Part shown: positions 60,056-64,000 of the stretch, one piece after another
Layout of the letters: each line of letters opens with the position of its first letter
Numbering within the stretch: position 1 is the first letter of the stretch
Source: Leptonemataceae bacterium
Lineage (GTDB): Bacteria > Spirochaetota > Leptospiria > Leptospirales > Leptonemataceae
NCBI GenBank assembly: GCA_965227295.1
Contig: OZ245742.1
Coordinates: 64,001-128,000, forward strand
DNA: 64,000 nucleotides
Direction of reading: 5' to 3'
Notes under the pieces: generated by a model
The model's database searches: none
What the model was told of the DNA's origin: nothing
The model's input: only the letters and a program-made list of their open reading frames with translations
Position numbers and translations under genes: made by a program

Positions 60056-60202
60056 ATACCGGCGCAAGTCTATATGATATAATAATACATCATATAAATA
60101 TATCGCAATTCAGGTCATCGTGCTTGCGTCAGAAAGGCGAGGGATGGCCGAAGACCCGGGGAATTGCTCAAGGAAGACCAGGCGGCCGCAAACTATCAAT
60201 TC

Positions 60203-60324
60203 TTGCGTTAGCGATTGGAGGGGGCGCGCGTGAGCGCGCGTCCGGAGCGAAGCGCAGGACCGAAGCCGTAAGGCGGAGCCCCGCAAAGCGCGACCCGGAG
60301 CGCATAGCGCGGAGGGGAACGCCC
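60203..60324 (-). repeat. REP-like multi-hairpin repeat, copy B (unoccupied)
   Basis: Reverse complement gggcgttcccctccgcgctatgcgctccgggtcgcgct...gcttcggtcctgcgc...ccaatcgctaacgcaa matches copies A and C. Confidence 0.8.
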
Positions 60325-60403
60325 ATCCCGACATTATTTTATTTTAAGTTAAAAATCCTGATTTCGGCTAAAAATACAGTAAAATCGGAAGCTCATCATT
60401 TTT

Positions 60404-60529
60404 GGCGCCTCGCCGCTCGCGCGGCGACCGGGCTGCTACAGGCTCCGCTTCGCTTCGGTCCTGCGCGCTTCGCGCTCCGGACTCGCGCTAACGCGCGACC
60501 TTGCGCATCCCTGGCGCAAAGAGTTGTAC
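60404..60529 (+). repeat. REP-like multi-hairpin repeat, copy C (unoccupied)
   Basis: ccgggctgct...ctccgcttcgcttcggtcctgcgcgcttcgcgctccgga...gcatccctggcgcaaagagttgta. Confidence 0.8.
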
Positions 60530-60679
60530 ATCCGGCATGAGTTATTTTTTGACAGGCACCGGACCGTCCGAATTTTTTGGCCGACCCCTCCCTGCACAAT
60601 CCCCGCTATCCCCGGCGCGAGAAGCCGGCCCCTGGCCCTGGCACAGTCCGTGCAACTCTCCTTACAACGGAGAACGATC

Positions 60680-62200
60680 ATGCACGGACACACCACAACC
60701 ATCCTCGCAAACCTGACGCGCGCCGCCGTCGGTGTGGCCCTGGCCGCTGCCGTGAGCGCCTGCGATACGCGTCCACCGGTCAATCATACCGAACCCGCGC
60801 TGATGCTCCTGCTCTTATACAAGGCGGACCCGATGGCGCCGCTCACCGACGCGGAGTTTGCGAGTCTCGAACCGGATCAACAGTACCGCGTCGCGAATCG
60901 TTTTCTTTCGGCGATGTACTCCGGTGTCGGCGCGGATGAGTTCTTTCATCTCTCCGCCGGCATCGAGGCGCGCCAGGCCCGGCCGCAGTTCGGCCGTTTT
61001 CTTTCGAACATAAACCAGGTCATGCTCGCGCCCATGGACGCCGGCACGAAGAGCGAAAGCGAAGGCCGCGCGTACGGTCATGATGTACAACATCGCGGTC
61101 AGGGCGAACCCCTGGCCGTGCTGCACGAGTTTCCCGTGAGCCGCGAACGCACCAATGCCTGGATGGCCTACGTGCTGGCAAATTCGGTGTGGTTCTCGCC
61201 GGCCTACGAGCTGGACACCGTCGAAGCCAACGACATGGCCCGGGTCTACGACCGGCTGCTCGCCGGCATTGAACAGGACCGCCTGGTCCGCGACATCGTG
61301 TATGATCATATGATCTCCCAGGAAAACTGGCGACGCTTTCGTTCCCCCGAGGACAACACGCGTGAGATGATGGAGATCTACAACGGCCACTTCGTCGACG
61401 CCGACGTACCGAAGGCTTCCCGGGCGTGCCAGAACTGGTCCCTGAGCCGCAAAGGGGAACTGGTCATCGGCGCCGATCGCAACACGGAGCCGCAAACGTT
61501 GAGCTACGGTGCGACGGTTACGTCCTGTGAGGACTTTTATCGTTCGGTGGCGGACAACCCCATGCTGATTCCGGTGCTCTCGTACGTTCTCGTGGACCAC
61601 TTCTTCGCGGGACGCAGCGAAGGCGAGAAGTATCTGCTGGCCTACGGCGTCATCATCCAGAAGCCGCGCACGGTACGCGAGGTGTTTCAGATCATTCTGA
61701 ATTCGAAGGCCTTTCTCTTAACTTCCGATCGTGGTAAGTTTTTCGAAGAAGCGTTCTACAACTTCCGCGCGAAGACCGGCTGGCGCGCCCCGGACAATTT
61801 CTTTAAGAGTTTGCCGAAAGATCTTAAGAACATGAACCAGGATCTCTTCGAACTGAAGCTCGGCCGGGAGAATCCGGTGCCCCTGGACACGCTCTCGCTC
61901 GCGAACTTTCACAACAAGCTGCGGAACTCCGCCGCCCTGGATCGCAGCAACGGCTCCGACGACGGCGGCTGGGACGTGGACCGGTTCACGGACCTGGACA
62001 TTCCCGACGAACAGTACGTGCGCTTCCTGTTTCTTTCGATCCTGGAACGCGAGCCGCGGTCGGAGGAAACGGAGACGCTGGAGTCCATCTTCGCGGACGA
62101 GGGTTACTCGTTACCGAAACACCGCACGCAGATTACGCAGATCTGCTTCGACTACTTCACGCGTCTGCCGGAGTTGTATGTGTATCGGAAGGTTTTTTGA
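60680..62200 (+). CDS. Hypothetical lipoprotein, DUF1800-like partner of DUF1501
   Basis: VSAC lipobox; EDNTREMMEIY resembles the 'EN.ARE..EL' motif; lies upstream of a DUF1501-like gene. Confidence 0.65.
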   Translation: MHGHTTTILANLTRAAVGVALAAAVSACDTRPPVNHTEPALMLLLLYKADPMAPLTDAEFASLEPDQQYRVANRFLSAMYSGVGADEFFHLSAGIEARQARPQFGRFLSNINQVMLAPMDAGTKSESEGRAYGHDVQHRGQGEPLAVLHEFPVSRERTNAWMAYVLANSVWFSPAYELDTVEANDMARVYDRLLAGIEQDRLVRDIVYDHMISQENWRRFRSPEDNTREMMEIYNGHFVDADVPKASRACQNWSLSRKGELVIGADRNTEPQTLSYGATVTSCEDFYRSVADNPMLIPVLSYVLVDHFFAGRSEGEKYLLAYGVIIQKPRTVREVFQIILNSKAFLLTSDRGKFFEEAFYNFRAKTGWRAPDNFFKSLPKDLKNMNQDLFELKLGRENPVPLDTLSLANFHNKLRNSAALDRSNGSDDGGWDVDRFTDLDIPDEQYVRFLFLSILEREPRSEETETLESIFADEGYSLPKHRTQITQICFDYFTRLPELYVYRKVF

Positions 62201-62210
62201 AGAAGAATTT

Positions 62211-62269
62211 ACTCCGAGGACCGAGGTCACGAGGGAGAAGACGAACCCCGGTCTCTCGGTCCTCGGAGT
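62211..62269. repeat. 15-bp perfect inverted repeat in the intergenic space
   Basis: actccgaggaccgag ... ctcggtcctcggagt. Confidence 0.7.
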
Positions 62270-62288
62270 AGACGAAGGATTAAATGTT

Positions 62289-63608
62289 ATGAACACAAAA
62301 ATAAACCGCAAAGATTTTCTCAAACTCTCCGCCGCCTTCGGTTCGGCGCTGCTCGTGCCCTCGGTGTTGCGCGCGCAGGCCATTTCCGATGCCGTGAACT
62401 CGGTCTCGTACTCCCGGCCCGGCGTACTGCCCACGGTGATTCACATTTTTCTCTACGGCGGGGCTTCGGAACTCGGCGGCAATTTCTCCAATCGCGCCGA
62501 CATCTTCGATGCCTCCGTGAACGCCTACCCCGGCGACCAGGTCACCGTCACCGCCAACGGTTTCTGGGAGCAGGCCGGCGGAGCGCTCATGGAAGACATG
62601 CTCGCCGCCGGGGACATGTCGATCTTTCGCACGATTCATCGCCGCAAAGACGATACCAAGGCCCACGCCCGCAGCATTACCCAGAACCTGGTCGGCAACA
62701 CCGACATCGACGCGCCGGGCATCGCCACGACCCTGGCCGCGGTACTGGAGCGCTTCGGCGCGGTCGATCCGGGCAACGATCTGTTTCCGTTCGTCTCGTT
62801 GGAAGGCGAGAGCGAAGTCTTCACTTCCGGTGAGTTGAAGTTAAGCGACGCCCTGCGCCCGGTTTCTCTGGGCTCGAACTTCCAGAATCCGTACGAACAA
62901 AAAAAGAACGGCTACATCAGCGATGCTTCGGCGAATCGCCTGGAAGACCTGGCCAACGAGGTCTCCGGCCTGCAACGTCTGCTGTGGCCGCTCTATCGCG
63001 ATTTCTCCCGGGCGGGGGACTTCTTTTCGAAGCGTCGTGAAATCAAAAACTTCGTCGACAACATCCGCAGCATGCCGCTGCCGGCGGGCGTCGAGTATCC
63101 GGCGAACAATCCCATGGCCGATCGACTGCGTTCGGCGGTGAACGTCGCCGTGCACAATCCGGGCACGCGTTTCATCAGCGTGGGCAACGGCGGCATCGGC
63201 GGCTGGGATGCGCACTCCGGCGCCATCGATACTTACACGACGAACATGAGTCGCGTCATGGCGGCCGTGCAGGCGGCGGTGAATCATCTGAAAGCGAGCG
63301 GCGCCGATGACCGCGTGATGATCAACGTCTACGGCGACTTCGGACGTAACGTAAACCTCAACGGCTCGCGGGGCTGGGACCACGGCAACAACCAGAACCT
63401 GTATACGTTCGGCGGCAAGGGCTTCCGCTCTCTGGGCCGCATCGTCGGCGAAACGGTATTGACCGGCAGTGCTTCGAACAACCGGCTCTTCACCGTACCG
63501 AAAAACGGCAGCGTGGAGTACGAACCCTTCGCCATCGCGTCGACAGTATACAAACACTTCGGCGTGCGGAATCCGGAAGTACTCACCGGCGAGGCCTCGA
63601 TCGATTGA
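62289..63608 (+). CDS. DUF1501-like protein with a Tat-like signal
   Basis: INRKDFLK; IFLYGGAS; GGWDAH; YGDFGRNV..NG..GWDHG. Confidence 0.85.
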   Translation: MNTKINRKDFLKLSAAFGSALLVPSVLRAQAISDAVNSVSYSRPGVLPTVIHIFLYGGASELGGNFSNRADIFDASVNAYPGDQVTVTANGFWEQAGGALMEDMLAAGDMSIFRTIHRRKDDTKAHARSITQNLVGNTDIDAPGIATTLAAVLERFGAVDPGNDLFPFVSLEGESEVFTSGELKLSDALRPVSLGSNFQNPYEQKKNGYISDASANRLEDLANEVSGLQRLLWPLYRDFSRAGDFFSKRREIKNFVDNIRSMPLPAGVEYPANNPMADRLRSAVNVAVHNPGTRFISVGNGGIGGWDAHSGAIDTYTTNMSRVMAAVQAAVNHLKASGADDRVMINVYGDFGRNVNLNGSRGWDHGNNQNLYTFGGKGFRSLGRIVGETVLTGSASNNRLFTVPKNGSVEYEPFAIASTVYKHFGVRNPEVLTGEASID

Positions 63609-63748
63609 ACGCTGAGTTTCACTTTGTTTCCCGGCGCGGTATGCGGACGGTAAGATAGTTACAAAGTCCGTGCGGATTCTTCCGCGGCGCTGTTGAACGT
63701 TACGAAAGTCCGTTGCGGTTCTCTTCGCAATGTTTTGTACGATGGGCC

Positions 63749-64000
63749 ATGCCCGCGCACTTCACCGAGCACGCCGAAGATCACGCGCCGGACGTTTGGG
63801 AAGCCGACGCCCCCGGGGAACACAGCCGCATCCTGGATGCGCTACGCCTGGGTTTTCTGCTGGTCGAGACGTATCGCATTCTCCGGCCGCGGGTGGAGTA
63901 CCGGGCGAAAACGTTCGCAAAACCGAAACCCGAGGACGCGCGGCATCGCAGCCGCTTCGATTACACGAGCCACGGTCGCCTCAATCGCAGCAAAGCCATC
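63749..64000 (+). CDS. Hypothetical protein, 5' part (runs off the window)
   Basis: Open frame MPAHFTEHAEDHAPDVWEAD... continues to the window end. Confidence 0.4.
   Translation, partial: MPAHFTEHAEDHAPDVWEADAPGEHSRILDALRLGFLLVETYRILRPRVEYRAKTFAKPKPEDARHRSRFDYTSHGRLNRSKAI

Overview
GC-rich bacterial chromosomal segment, most likely from a Leptospiraceae-type spirochaete. This is inferred from a DUF1554/Len-like lipoprotein, a membrane SpoIIE-HAMP-TPR phosphatase, a YHYH-MORN-SCO cluster and many lipoproteins. It holds about 55 CDS, mostly metabolism, transport and signalling. No rRNA, tRNA or CRISPR array was seen. The main result is a complete IS110 element (31239-32727) whose 5' non-coding end can be read by eye as a bridge RNA. 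It has two guide loops whose segments match the reconstructed target site (a dispersed REP-like palindromic repeat, also present unoccupied at ~60.2-60.5 kb) and the element's own circle junction (CC core). Handshake-type extensions and a junction-assembled promoter are also visible. Other notable items: (1) an apparently lower-GC island encoding a 1063-aa secreted protein, a caspase/CHAT-like His-Cys protein and a 2-TM protein in overlapping genes; (2) a KAS III/DarB-like synthase fused to a heme-oxygenase-like diiron domain, with nearby DUF6999-like and MMPL genes; (3) three tandem YHYH genes; (4) an EF-G paralogue degraded by internal deletions; (5) a Cpx-like module with tandem GTAAA-N5 boxes. 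All family assignments are by-eye motif recognition, not database searches.
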